The translations under genes and the position numbers were made by a program. A stretch of DNA of 62,190 bases, the filler included, from Dugesia japonica (taxonomy: Eukaryota): NCBI GenBank assembly GCA_001938525.1. It is 5 parts of 5 records of this genome, joined end to end, with 100 filler letters (N's around TTAATTAATTAA, not from the genome) between each part and the next. Parts side by side here need not be neighbours in the genome. Positions count along the whole stretch, not along the records: positions 25,268 to 39,571 come from MQRL01647889.1; positions 39,672 to 52,293 come from MQRL01632526.1; 3 more parts are not named here. One strand, 5' to 3'. The notes under the pieces were generated by a model. That model was not told where the DNA came from. It ran no database searches and worked only from the letters and a program-made list of their open reading frames with translations. Positions 25,268 to 39,938 of the stretch are shown one piece after another. Each line of letters opens with the position of its first letter. The stretch's first letter is position 1.

Positions 25268-27775
25268 ATATAAATTTATATATTTATATATTAATTTTAA
25301 ATATTAAATATCAAGGCAAGAAATTATAATCGATATAATTAAATATTTATGAAGTAAATGATATTCTTTAATAAAACATTTTTTGTTTAAATATTAAATC
25401 GATTAATTAAAACAAAGTATTTATTTTTAATTAAAATAGAATTAATTATCAATTCACTGTTACTTCCGAGGGAAAGTGTTATCACTATTAAAATGGAATT
25501 TGACAACTTACTTTTTATACTGGATTTAAAGGAACTAGAAAAACGTTTAATTACTCTTTTCCATTCATGACTCATGCCTCAGTTTACCAGAAAATATGAT
25601 AGCAGTAAACCTTTGATATGGTGTGGTGTACTCAACTTCAAGAAAAAAAATTTTTTTCATAGTTATGTTGAGCTCATATTGTTTTATATTTGGATTTTAT
25701 TATGCTCAACTTCGTGAGCTTTGTTTATTTGGTTATTAAAATCAGTAGATATGAAAAAAAATATAATTTAACTTTTAAAATAAAATATATATAACTTTGG
25801 TTATTAATTTATCAAAACTAATCCAACTTTTACTAATTTATTTTCTCGGAAACTTTCGGTTCACCTTATTGGAATAAAGCAGTTTTTGGAGAGGAGTAAA
25901 CTAAGAAATAATTTGGTATCTGTTAGCTGAGTTTGGAAGACTCAACGTATCATTAATATCAAAATTCGAANNNNNNNNNNNNNNNNNNNNNNNNNNNNNN
26001 NNNATATCCAAAAATATTTGTTAAACAAACAAATCAAAATTCCGTGTTTTCATTATTGATAATTTTTAAAAATTTAAACTGTAATTTATTTTTTTAAAAT
26101 TTAATTTAATTTATTTCAAACATTTTATTTATTAATTTAAAATTTAAGGTAATTTCTTTCACCTTGAAAATTTTATTCATTAAAAATTAACTTTATTATC
26201 CAATCATCATTTTTGAATTTTTTAAATTGTAACTTAATTTATTTAACATAATTTTAATTTAATTTATTTCCAACAATTTTATTTATTTATTTAAAATTAA
26301 AATAAATTTCCGTTTACTGAAAAGTTTTAATTTATCATTTAAAATAAATTATTGTTATTTAAATTCTTCATAAAAACTTTAAATCTTTCTTTTAAATTAA
26401 AGATTTTAAAAATATGATCACCAAATCACACAAAAAATTTAACTTGCTTTTTTAACACACTTACAGTATCTATATCTAAAATGTGGTTAGCAATGAGGCC
26501 ACTAAATTCTACCACAGAATATCAGAAAATAAAAATATGAGCATAAGTATAGGACATAACTTCACATGACCGAAAAATAATATAAATTAATTAACTCACT
26601 TTTGAAATAATTAAAAATTATTATAAAAATATAATCATTATAAAATTAATTATAATCAAAATCAAATGAAAAGAACCCGATAAATACAATAAATTTGAAA
26701 ATAATAATTATAATTTATAATCAAATTAAAAAATTAAAAGGTCAAATTAAATATTAATTATTAAATAAATTATCATAAATATTGTTAAGCTGATAGAATA
26801 ATTCTAAATCAAAATAAAGTTAATTATCAAAAGTTTTAGTTGAATTACGAGCCTAAAAATTACGAACCTAAAAAGTGGCGAAGGAATTTAGATTCATCTC
26901 AAAACAGTTTAATAATTTTAGCTTAATAGAGGCATTTATTAAAATCACAACTTCTCGAGAACCTGAAATTTATCAAAGGTAATTTAAATAATTTGAACTT
27001 CTCCAACTAAATAAGTTGATTTAAACAAAGTTTACCTTTACCTCTTTGAGAGATTATTATCAACAAACTCATGTTCGTGAATGTTAAATATTATAAAATA
27101 AGTTATTTTAAACTTTAAGATATCCGTCAAATGTATTGGTTATCCGATCTGTCCGTACATTAAAACCTTACTTGAAAAATTAAAATCCAATAAATATAAA
27201 CAAATCAGTATAAATTTTCGTTGTAGTTAATAATTAACTTTCCTAAATTACAGTTGTAACAATTCTTATGAAATAATCCGCAATTATTTATTAATAATTT
27301 TTTTTATTTTGAATTTATATTAAAAAAAAAAATAATTTGACTATTTTTTAATTATTACAACATTCGAGCTAATGCTTTTTTTTGTTTTGAAAAAAAAACT
27401 AAAATTTTCTTGAAACTGTTTAATTTCTTTGATTTTTAATTATAAATTTCACTTTTATCTCAGCAGTAGGTGAAATACTCGCATCGTTACGTATACAACA
27501 CATTTCTTTCTATTGATATATAAAATAATTAGACTTTCATTATAATTAGTAATTTTTCAAATGAAGAAAACCTGGTTCTGAAACAGAGAATAAACGAATC
27601 GCATGGAAATTAGTATTTTTCTGTGAAATATTTCTTACTGCATTTTTATTTATGTCATTTTGTATTTTAATTTAATTTGATTATTATTAGTTTGATTAAT
27701 AATATCGCAAGTCTCCATAAATGTTTATTTAATCACAAATGGTTTTAGTTTTGTTGAAAGTTAATAACATGACTA

Positions 27776-28332
27776 CAGTAGACTCTCCATTATCCGGGTT
27801 AATGATGGTGAGAAGAGGCACGAATAATCGAGGGAAATAAACGGATAATCCAAATTAAATAATTTCTTTGTAAAAAACAGACATATTAATTTAAGTTTTT
27901 GTTTTATAGTAAGTATTTTTTTACGATTATTTTGCATTTTAAAGGATAGTTTTTAAAATTTTAATGGTTCTTTTTACTCTAGTTTAACAGTAAAATAATA
28001 AAAATAAAAGTTAAGCGGTTGTTATGTAAATATTACATGGTAGTTAAGCAAATAATATGCTCGTAAACATTGTATTACACGGTTAATATGTAAATAATAG
28101 ACTCATAATCCTTATAATACATGGTTGCTATGTAAAAAATACAAGGTATGATTAAATAAAATAAATTAGATCAATTAATCAAACTATCAATAAATAGTGG
28201 GACTAGATTTCACTCGTAAAAATGAATGTGGATAATATTTAGTAAAAAATACAAGTGTTTTATTTGATTTATTAAATAATAATTAAATTTAATGCACGGA
28301 TGATTCACACACGGATAATCGAGTGTATACTG
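27776..28332. mobile_element. pogo/Tigger-type MITE
   Basis: TIRs CAGTAGACTCTCCATTATCCG and CAGTATACACTCGATTATCCG, TA on both flanks, and internal CGGATAATC repeats. Confidence 0.85.
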
Positions 28333-28589
28333 TATTAAGAATATTCAAACAAATTAACTTTATTGAAATATTGAAAATAAAAGTACAGCAACTTCTATCT
28401 ATGAAATTTCAACATTCGCATTGCAATTACTTTTATTTTTATTTTTATGCTCAGCAATATTACTACCACCACCAAAACGATTATGCTCTTGAACACTTGG
28501 TGGTGGTAGCATTATTGTTGAGCATAAAAATAAAAAAAAAGTAATTGCAATTCGAATGTTGAAATTTCAAATTTTAAAATTTTGTCTAG

Positions 28590-30036
28590 GAAATTTAAGA
28601 ATTAGAAGTAGAAATTGTCCAGAGAAGAAACGGCCAAAATGTTTTGGGTGTGGTAAAATTGGTCATATCAGAAGAATGTTTACAGAAATTGTATGTGGTA
28701 GATGTAAAAGACCGGGTCACAGAGCGGAAGAATGTTATTGGAACATTAATAATCCTAGACTAGAAAAGAGAAAATACAATTTTAAAAGCGGAGGACAAAC
28801 AAAAGATTCATGACATTTGAGAAGAATTTGATGAGAATGAAGAGATATTTTCTGAGAGCATAACAAAAAATGAAGATCCAAGAAGAGAATACCCAAAACA
28901 CAGGGCTCCATCAGTAGAAGAGTTGGTCGGAGCCATTCATTAAACGAGATACCGTTTAAATATCCTCAAGAAGCTGAGAAATGGGATAAGACGAGTAAAA
29001 CTTAGAGAAAAGGTTTACAGTAATCGGGAAAATTAAAGGAGTAATGGTTTATCTAGACGATATTCTCATATTTACCGAAAAATAGGAGCAACGCTATGAA
29101 ATAGTCAATAAAGTATTGACAGAAATTAAAAATGCTGGTCTCAGAGTTAATCCGGAGAAATGTGAATTCATGCGAAATGACATTCATTTTTTGAGACACG
29201 TTATCAGAAAAAAGATGTCAAATCAGATACAATTAAAATAGAAGCAATTAAGAACTTTGGTAAACCAAAAGTCCAAAGTTGTACAAAATACCAGAAAGCT
29301 AAAGTGTTAACAACAAACACGAAGGAAGAACCAAAAAAGACTCAGCCAGCCGAAATGTTTGAACTGTTATTTATAGATGTTTGCAGACCACTGTCGGAGA
29401 CATGAGGTCGGAGAAAATATGTTCTCGGTATAATAGATCAATGCAGTAAGTATATAGCCTTGATAGCAATAATAAGACCATACGAAAAGCAATAATGTAT
29501 AAGTGGATTTTAAAGTTTAGGGGCCCGAGATAAATTCTAGTTGATTGTTGAAGAGCATTTGAGTTTAAATCAATGAAATATTTTGCAGCTCAATATGGAA
29601 TTACCCTCAAGTTTTCGAGTTCATATCATCATAACACAAATGAAAAATGAACTAGGCGATATATGATAAATTCGACACTTAAATAAAGGAAATCCTCAGA
29701 TTGGGCTGATGAATTGCCAGAGATAGAATTTACCCTGAATGCTACAATACTATCGGAAAAGGCCCTGCTGAAATCGTATTTAGTAAGAAAATAAGCAGAG
29801 GAAAATGGTACGAAATAGATTCTCAAAAAGTGCATAATTTAATATTTTTAGGTATTTTAAAATTTGGTAATAAAGCGTTAAAATTAAAAAAATTTAACAA
29901 CGGCTGATATTTAAGGTTTTTCGGTTTTAAATATGAATTTTTTAAATTTGTTTAAAAAAACAAATTCATATTTATAGTTTTTTTAATAAATCTTTTGATA
30001 TTGATGATCCGATGAGTTTTCCAAACCCATCTAACA
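28590..30036 (+). mobile_element. Internally deleted Ty3/gypsy relic with a 3' LTR end
   Basis: CFGCGKIGHIRRM..CGRCKRPGHRAEEC (gag), VMVYLDDILIF (RT) and integrase fragments. 30010-30036 (GATGAGTTTTCCAAACCCATCTAACA) matches the LTR end of the minus-strand copy at 46583-46610. Confidence 0.85.
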
Positions 30037-32721
30037 GTGGTAATACTTATATTGGTTACAGTTGTTATGATAACAGTTACCAGGGTAATAGTTATGATAA
30101 TTAACCAATATTGGGAAATACGAAAACTAAAAGTAACTTTTTAAAATAAAAAAATTTAATATTGAATAAAAATTTTAATAAATTAATAAAATTGGTTAAT
30201 TAGTTTTCATTACACTTTTTTCAATTAATTTTAATTTTATGGTTTTATAAAATTAACAAAATTATTTACATATCAAAGTAATGAAAAAACCTATTTTTAA
30301 GTGTGTAAAAAATTTAGATTTTTCTAAATAATTAATACAATATTTCAAGGTCATCATAATAAATATTTACTCTTGAGCAGAATGAAAAATATTTTCAATT
30401 TATTTAATTTGTAAAAGGAAATTGTTACAAAATCTTTACATGCATGAATTCATTTTTATGGCATTAAAAATTAATATTTTTAGTATTGATTTTAATTAAT
30501 TTTTTGCCTTTTTAGACAAAATAAATTTGCATTTTTAAACGGAGTAAAATGATGATTTGATTTTGTCTTTAAAAATAGAAAATATAAATAAGAAATAAAT
30601 TTTAACTTATTTAATGAGTGAAACAATCCGGAAATCACTTTCGCAAAACCAAAGAAGATCTAACCGGGTTGATATAAATTTTGAATTGAAAAATTCAACT
30701 AACGAGATCCATCTGGTTACAAGTATTCCGATTGAGATCACTGTCTATTGAAATATTAATAATTGATTATCAATAGTGCTACTGTTGTCGATTATTTATT
30801 TATTTTTATTTTTTTTGATACAAATGTTACCTTCTACTACCCTTTCTACATCTATCAACTGATAATTTATCTTATCCTCTTTATTCTCATTGATCATTTT
30901 TTCTTCATGTTTCCTCCTATAAAATGTGGAAATGCAGCTTGTTTCTAATGTTTTCCTTGTTTTATGATGTTGTTGTTATGGTGAAATGTTATGTTTGTGT
31001 TGAAAGTTTTTGAAGACTTCACTTTCCTTTTGTTTGAGATTTTCATTATTAATTATCCAGTTGGTTCTGCATGTTTCTTCTATAAATATTCGTGTTTTTT
31101 GTACTCTTAAACTTTTCAATAAATTAAGAGGTAATAATTTCAATTTTAACCAGATTAATTTAAATTGTGTTTTTGTTTTTAAGTCTATAATCATAATTAA
31201 TTGAACAATATTTCCTGAAGAAGGCCCAGTCGAAATATTGAACCATCTTTGATCTTTTGCGTTTACACAATTTTAAATAAAAGCTTTTTATCAGAAAAAT
31301 TCAGTTTTTTTAATATTTAACTATTTATTTGTATGAAATTCTTTTAAAAATATCTTTGGATAACTCCAAAAATGTCACAAAATAATTAAAATAATTCCAA
31401 AAATTCTACATTGTCAATTTTTATTAATTAATAATTTGGCAAGATCTTCTTTTGTGCTCATTTTGTTCACAATTTCTGCATTTAATTTTTTTAAGTATTC
31501 AAGCGTTTCTGTTTCTTCAATAGTTGAAATATAAAATAAATATAAAGACTCCTGATAATTTTGCTTTATATATGTGCTTTTTGCCATAAAGAAGGCTCAG
31601 AGACTCGCTTTTAAATAGAGAAACACTACATTGATGGATACGCGGTATACTAAATTCTTTTAGATAATATCAAGAACACAATATTTTAGATATCTTTTCA
31701 ATTTTTCTTTGATAAAAACCAGCAGAATCTTGTACTTGATATTCAGTTGAAATCATGGTTGGAAAACGACATCTACCTTAGATGCTGTTCTAAGATATTT
31801 ATTTTATACTTCGAAATGTTTTTCTCTGTTAGAAAAGCTGAGAAATAAAGTTGATAAATGATTCGAAAGCATGAAAAATATTAAATTTTATTATTTTTCT
31901 TTAAAAATAAGCATTACTATAATTATGTGGCAATTTTGGAAATAACCCAAATACATATAAAATATTTCTAAACTTTTCTTAAAGAAAATTTGTCAGAAAA
32001 TTCTACAATCAAAAATTTTCACTTAAAATATCTTTTAATATCCATTCAACCAGCAAATATTCACGATTTGTTTTGTAAAATCAAATAAAACCCTAATAAA
32101 ACATTTAAAACAAATAAACATTTGAAATAAAAAAAATTGCATTTTCATCTTTTTTATGAACAATCCCAAATATAATAAATTGAATTTTTATTTATGATAA
32201 ATAAAAGAAAATATATTAATTCAGACAGAAAATCGTAGAAGTTTCATTTGAATTCTCTTAAAATAATCTAGTTGTGGTTATCAATAATTTATTGTCAGCT
32301 GTTACAGATAGTGCTTATTAAAACAAGTGGGTTTTCAATTTAAGTTATAGAAAGAGAATATATATATATATATATAATTTTATTAAGAAAATATTAGAAA
32401 AAAGAATTGTTGCAATTTCAATACATTTTCCTAATAGAAATATCGCATTAAAACAACTCAGTTAAAACTGAATCAATGTATATTCTCTAATTTACAAATA
32501 ACTATATTGATTGTTCTTTTATTTTGGACTTTTTATTATTTAAAATGTTAATTTTTCTTGAAGCTTTTATTTCATCATTAGCTTCATTTCACACAATAAC
32601 TTTGTTTTACTTATAAATTATCTCAATAAATAAAAAATCATTTTGATATTAGCTTTTTAATTTATTTAAACTATAACTAAATAACAAATTATAATAATAA
32701 TAGATATAATAATTATTTTTA

Positions 32722-32724
<3 letters not shown>

Positions 32725-32760
<36 letters not shown>

Positions 32761-32777
32761 CATAATAATAATAATAA
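32725..32777. repeat. (TAA)n microsatellite
   Basis: TAA run. Confidence 0.9.
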
Positions 32778-33084
32778 TGTTTGTTGGAAAAACAAAAAAT
32801 TATTTTTCATTCATTGTACATTCAATTACTTTTGGGTAGTCAGGTTCTTTTAATACTTTATTTAAGAAAATATTGTAATTAATTCAAAGCTTGTCGAAGC
32901 TGTTCAATTGCAGCTTGAAATTCTTATTAGTGATAAAACTGTATGTTGTCGACCAATGAAATCTGACATAGAAAAAATGTTAATTGTATATTTCAAACAA
33001 AGTTTCTTCGTTGTTTATTCGCTTTTTAAACATTTGTGTTGTTTAATTTTTTTATTATTTGTTATAAACAATCATTTTTTCTTT

Positions 33085-33163
33085 TATTATTATTATTATT
33101 ATTATTNNNNNNNNNNNNNNNNNNNNNNNNNNNNNNNNNNNNNNNNNNNNNNNNNNNNNNNNN

Positions 33164-33226
<63 letters not shown>
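33085..33226. repeat. (TTA)n microsatellite spanning a gap
   Basis: TTA run; explains the poly-L/I/Y ORFs here. Confidence 0.9.
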
Positions 33227-33228
<2 letters not shown>

Positions 33229-36200
33229 TCATATTGTCTACAATACAAGAAAAATATAAATTTTTCCTAACAAATTTTTGTTAACTGTCTTTTTCAATTT
33301 AAAAAAAGTTTTTAATATCAACAATTTCTTTATTTTTCAAACATATTTTTTGTATTTAGATTATTTTCAATGAGATTCTCACATTTATCTGTGTGAGGAA
33401 AAGTTTATAAATTATTGAGTAGTTAATTTCATTGATTAAAATTGCTGAATTCGTGAAATTTTCGTTTAATTTAATCGTTGAGATGAACACGATTTTCTAC
33501 ACATTAATAGTAGAGAAATTTTATTATTCACGACGAATTGCTGTTCAAATAATCTTTAATCCTGACGAAATTATTCAATAGAAATATTAATCGTCTGAAT
33601 ATTTCGGCTCCAGAAAAATGAAACCTTTTTCGTAATATTTCATCAACTCTTTAACATTATCATTATAAACGTTCTTATCTCGTTCTTAAGTTGCTACAAC
33701 AATATTTTCAATTACATTTTCATTGTCCTCATCGATTATTATTTTTTTTACTAATTTTAGAAATAATTAGAAATTTTCTAAAATTCTCCATAAATAAAAT
33801 TGATTCTAATTAAAAATCAAAAAAAAGTTAAAAGAACATTTTTGAAACTTGTTCTTCATCTTTTATAATCTTGATCTAAATTTTACCTTTCAAACTTATT
33901 AAAACATCGAAAACAAATATCAAAAGACTTGGAAAAATTTGAACAATTGAAATGTAGACTACCTTTTAATAATACGTCATCGAAAAATGTTATGAAAATT
34001 TTAACATAATTTTTTTATAATTCATGATACTATTAATTTCAAATTTATGTAACATTTTGAACACAAGCTTTATTTATAACTCATAATAATAATTAATAAT
34101 TAATTATAATAATTTATTGCTATATATTTCGATATATCAACCGTCATAAACAAACAAAATATAAAATATATTTTAAATGAAATTCCTAATTAAAAATCAT
34201 TTTGATATTTATTAAAAAATGAAAAGGTAATTTATGTAGGCAGTTCATACACGCTTGTCTACACCTGATCGACATGCAATTTTGTGTGTCTTATGATTAT
34301 TATGTAAGTAATTCATTATTTCAACACTAAACGATACTAATTATTTATGAGAAAATGTAATTGGCCAGTAGTGCATAAATAAATTTCATTGTTATGCTTT
34401 GAGTTGTGATTATTGAACCAGATTATCCAGGTAAGGTAATGTTTATATTGTTTTATCTTAATAATAATTTAAATAAATTTGTTTTCGATTATTGCATATA
34501 AATTAACTGTATTAAAACATAAAATATTATTTTTGAGATGATATTTTATATTATTTTTTTTGAACTTTTTCAAAAAACCATTTTATTTAAACATTATTTT
34601 CACTTGTTATTTTATATTGAGTGTTAATGAATTATTGCACGACAACTGTGTTGACTAAATTAATCAGAGTGAGATTTTTATTTTATTTTTTTAATAAACT
34701 TCGAGTGGCTTTCAACTTAGGTTTTAATTTTATAACTAATATTCTTTAGCATTAGATTTTTGGAAAGGAATTTAGAGTAAGAAAACACTTTTTTAATTTT
34801 AAATTTAGTATAATTGTTTGATTCTTTGTTTAAATTATATAAATTAAAAATTTTATATTTTTTTTCAAAAAAATACTACTTTTTAAATCTTTCACATTTT
34901 CTAACTAAATCTATCAAGATCTCATCACATGTTTTTGTGTTTTAAGCAATTTTATACGATTTATAAAGATATCAATCCATTTTAACTTCTTATTGATGCT
35001 AAAGTTTAAATATGAGTCGTTCATACAAATTTTGACTTGAACGAATATTCCCATTACATCAATGTAAATGTTTTGTTTTAATCAAGTAGAATAATTTGTT
35101 GTCCATATTCAGATTTTATATCAATTGATCTTATTTAAAACTTTAGCTAATTTCGTCCAAATATCTCTGTATTGTATTTCTACAAACACTCATGTAAAAG
35201 ACTTCTTCTATTCTCAATTTCATTACTTCTTATTTGTTACTCAAATATCTTCTGCAATCATCAATAAATAATTTTATTTCAGCTGGTTTTTTTTTCGTCT
35301 AGTGCACCAGTTTTCAAAGAGTTAACCATTCTTGTCTTCCTAAATAATCTCACTATATTTGTGACTGCCTGATAAGGTTAATCTAATTCTCCAGATATAA
35401 TTGCTACTGACTCACCCGATTTTTATTTAAATAGAATCTATAAACTATCATTTAAGCAATTTTGGATTCATTTATGGCTTTAAAAAATTAAAATTTCATA
35501 AATGCAATTATTTCTTGAAATGATGATTTTTTTAATGTAGGAATACTCCACCATAAATCACAATAACTTCTCCTATATTTAAATAGTATTATTTAGTTTT
35601 TATGTATACATTGCTACTCCGTTTTTACTTATTTTAGTAGTTTGTTCGTTAAATTGATGTACTTACATAATGTTACGTTTTAATGTTGTTTTTTTCAGGT
35701 TTTCGTTTGTACATAGATACCGTAGATACTGGAGTAAGCCGTCACCTGAGTATAAAGCGAGAGATATAAATTTCTCTAGAAATTAGCCAAATGTTCAAGA
35801 CGAGAATATTACGCCAGGGCCAATTTTAAACAAACAAATTACAACAAGACTAAATAACAGTTTATTGTGCGCATACCAGTCTTTTGACACTTTTATTGCA
35901 GCATCATTCGAGTGGTGTAATGTTAGTTTCATATAAATACCGGTATGTAATTTAATCTCCCACGCATAACATCAGTTGAAGCTGGCAACTGTAGGGTGTC
36001 GATGTTTTCGTGTTATTTTGTGTTTAGCAGGACTAATACTGTGTACGGAAGTTATATCGATTACTGAAAAAATGGTATGGTTGTCATAATCATTGTTTAC
36101 GATCGTAAAAAAAATAATTGAAACTTTACAAATGTTCATACGATTTTTCCACCTAAAATGTCTCGTATTTAATGCGACCTGTACATTTTCAAGTTATTTG

Positions 36201-39200
36201 TTGTCACAAATTGTCTCATGTTGTACTCGATCATCTACGCCGTAGATTCTACTGTAATCTCAAATTTAGTTCACAATTCCAAACTACAATTATACGAGTT
36301 ATAAAACATTAATCATAACATCTTAAAATTTCACGATACAATTAACTTTATATTCATTAAATATTACAAATTCAAACATATACTAATTAATAAAAATCGA
36401 TATTTTATTTTAATTAATTTTTCAAATATCAGAGAGATATTTTAATATAGAATACTATTTGTGATTGTAGAAAATATATGAGATATAATATGTGAACTAG
36501 CTAACAATTTATAATTAATATAAACAAAACTAAATATAATAATAAAAACAAAAACATTATTTTTATTGTTGCATGTTAGTATTGTCGAAAAGTAGTATGA
36601 GATATTAATTAAACTATTCATATTTTTTCTACGCAAATATTATCAATTTGTTAAACTATCTCTCGGGAAATATTTCACTTTGTTTTTTCAACCATCTCTC
36701 ATTGAAACAAATTAAAATATTTTACCATTTTAATCATAAAATTATACATAAATTTCCCATTTCTATTTCCAATTGTTGCATTTATTATTATTTTCAATGA
36801 ATATTGAACATGAAAATTTTAATTAATTAAATTAATCTGTTTTTCTTTATAGATTTTTAAATTTTTATCTAAAATTTCAACAAATTATTTGATTTATATT
36901 ATTTACAAAACATGTTCTTTTGTTTTAATTTACATTACTTAATTTAAGAAATTAATTTTTTTATTGAAATAAATAATGTTTTTTGTTTAGTTGAAGTGGT
37001 CACATTTAAAGGAAATTTGATAGCATAAATTGATTAATAAGTTCAAATAATAAAAATTAAAAAAAGAATTTCAATAATGACAATTTTAAAGAAAAATAGA
37101 ATAAAAAATATTTATTAAAATTCTAATTAAATTTATAGAATTATTTATTTGTTCAATTTTATGAAAGTTTGTTTTACTACACACATTGCGAGGTCTTCTT
37201 CAACTGAGATGTGAGTGATTAGATGAGGTAACACTGGTCTTACTTCAGCTAAAGATTATATAACATTATTACCTAACAGATACCAATCTATGTATTTGCA
37301 GAAATATCAACATAGTAAAACCTAGTAAAATCATATGTTTAGATGAATGGAAGAGATATATATGAATATCCAAAGCTAATTAAATCTTGAACATCACCCA
37401 GTAAATTATAGGAATAAATTTTTTTATTTAGTAACTTAAGAATTAGGAATATGAAATGAAGCCAAAAAATAAATTTTGAGTTATTTATTTAAGTGGCTCG
37501 AATAACAGTTATTTATTATTATTAGATGAATCTGTGACATTCATCATTGAATTTAAAAAACGAACACTTTTCATTTAAAGATTTATTCAAGACAAAACAA
37601 AAACAAACTATGAATTTTTTTTTACAAAAATTTTTAAAACAAGCTAACATTTTTATTATTATTATCATTATCATTATTATTATTAATATTATTATTAATA
37701 TTATTATTAATTTTTTTATGAATTTGTAATTTATTTTATCACTGCTATTAAAAAATACAATTTTTAGTTTACGGGGGTCATTTTATTTTGAAATACCCTG
37801 AAAAATATGAAGAAATGTATAAATTGATTCTATAAATTTATTTTAAAGAAATATATTTCTTTTCATTTACTTCTCGGAGATCAGATGATTAAAAAAGAGA
37901 TTTGTAGCAACACTTCTGGATTTAAGAAATTTCATAAGAAAAATTTTAATCCTTTAAACTCATACCTTTAATTTCTTTTGCCCACCTCATATTCTATCAA
38001 ATATGTACTCAAAATAAAAAACTAAATTATAATATATTTAATGAATTATATTTTACACTGGACATTATTAAATCGCCTAAAGATATCTAGGTCTGCGCAT
38101 TAATTCTATGACTGTTGCTGCTTTCAATTCGCAGTAAAAATAGAGTATTTCGGAAATAATCAATTTCATTTTGTTTTATTGTACGAATATAATGAATTAT
38201 TTTCTTTTATAGAAATAAATAGAAATCAGTACATCACCCTCAGGTGAGGCACATCTCACTGGTTAAGAGTTGCTAATTTAAATAGAGAAATAAATGAAAT
38301 ATAAGTCATTTAGTGGTTTTAATAATAATGAGCATCATAGCATGTTGGTTTTAGTTATAAGTGAAATCATAGAGCCCAAGTTATTCTGCAAAAAACATAT
38401 TTACATTAACGTTCTAATGCGATATTGAACGGAAATAATATTTTACACCAAAATTTAATTTTCATTTTAATTTCATTGACAGCATAACTGTATAAACTTG
38501 TTTCTCTATAATTGACAGTGTTTGTTTTTAAAAAATATTAGAATAAATTATATTAACAACAAACAGAAATACATAAATGGAAAACATCTGTAGAAACTGT
38601 ACAACATTACAGATAAACATCTACAGTATAATATGCAAAATATTCCCATTTACTCAATTTCCTTTGTTTTAATTTATGTTTTCACTTAAATATTTTTAAT
38701 ACTCATTGTATGTTTTCTTAGTTTTGAGATTAATCCTAAAGAAAATAAAAACAAAGTGTTTCCCTTTGCAAAACGAAATGCTAACAAACATAACATAATT
38801 CAATGGAGAAAATTGAGAAAACAATGCTAATTAAACCAATTATAAAATACTCCTCACATCACATCAAAAAAAGTTTGCTTTTCTAATAAAATATGTTTTG
38901 TTTTATTAAAGAGTTTATTCGATGTAAAATATTTCATTATTATGACTTTAGTAAATAAATTAATTATAAATGATAATAATTTGAATTTTTCTATCTTTCC
39001 AAATATAATAATTTCTCACGAAGAATTAGTGTATAACAAAAGAAGGGTACCCCTTTTTATTAAAAAAAATTGATGACTCCTTATAGTTGATAATTAACAA
39101 AAGATTAATGAAATGAAATTGGTTTAAGACAGAGTTAAATAATTTGCCTTTTCAACTGAAATTATTTTTGAAATATATTTTTTTAATATATATTAATTTG

Positions 39201-39327
39201 AAAATAATTTGAATTAAATTATTAAAAAAAATTGAGTAATAAATATTAAATGTTCTTTGATAATTACAAGAATTTTTTCGAAAATAATTATTGGATTTAA
39301 CCATTGAATCGAATTTTCGACTTTGTA

Positions 39328-39540
39328 TTCGTCAGGAATCGATTTTTTGAATATTTCAATATTTATTGTTAGATTAGAAATACTTTTCGGAATTAATTTA
39401 TTTTATTGAATTCTATTTGGTTAATTTATAATGAAATAAATTAACCAATTAAAATTCAACAAAATCAAATTAATAACAAAAAATATTTTCTATTTTGGTA
39501 ATAAATGTTGAATAAATCAAAACGTCAATTCCTGACGAAA
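39328..39540. repeat. ~210-bp hairpin (palindromic MITE-like) element
   Basis: TTCGTCAGGAAT at the left end and ATTCCTGACGAA at the right end. Internal arms TTGGTTAATTT / AAATTAACCAA and TTGAATT / AATTCAA are symmetric about ~39432. Confidence 0.7.
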
Positions 39541-39571
39541 TACTATTAAGATCTAAGACAAATAATATATA

Positions 39572-39671
39572 NNNNNNNNNNNNNNNNNNNNNNNNNNNNN
39601 NNNNNNNNNNNNNNNTTAATTAATTAANNNNNNNNNNNNNNNNNNNNNNNNNNNNNNNNNNNNNNNNNNNN
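39572..39671. other. Artificial contig linker
   Basis: N44-TTAATTAATTAA-N44. Confidence 0.95.
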
Positions 39672-39699
39672 ATTAACGGATAATTGTAAAAGCTAATTT

Positions 39700-39938
39700 T
39701 GATTAGAAAATTAAGCGAGTAGCATGTAAACGAACCCGAACTAAAAGAATGCGAGTCTGTACTCGAGCTACGAGTCAACGGCTTCATTTCGAAGATGTGG
39801 ATTTTTGGGGGACACCAGATTTAAATTCATCGCGTAGTTTTACCAGGTCAATGACCCTAGACTTAATTTCATATAAAGTTCGAACCCCCTAGATTTAATT
39901 ACATAAGAAACCAACCTGCAAAAGGTAAAACCCCAACA
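39700..39938 (-). repeat. Dispersed ~250-bp repeat, copy 3
   Basis: Reverse complement matches copy 1, including GCCGTTGACTCGTA and CTCGCATTC. Confidence 0.8.

Noticed and set aside
32780-33990. Coding-like purine bias on the minus strand (also 23430-24110 and 31450-31870)
   Set aside because: Multiple stops and no recognisable motif or consistent splice model, so a gene call cannot be supported.
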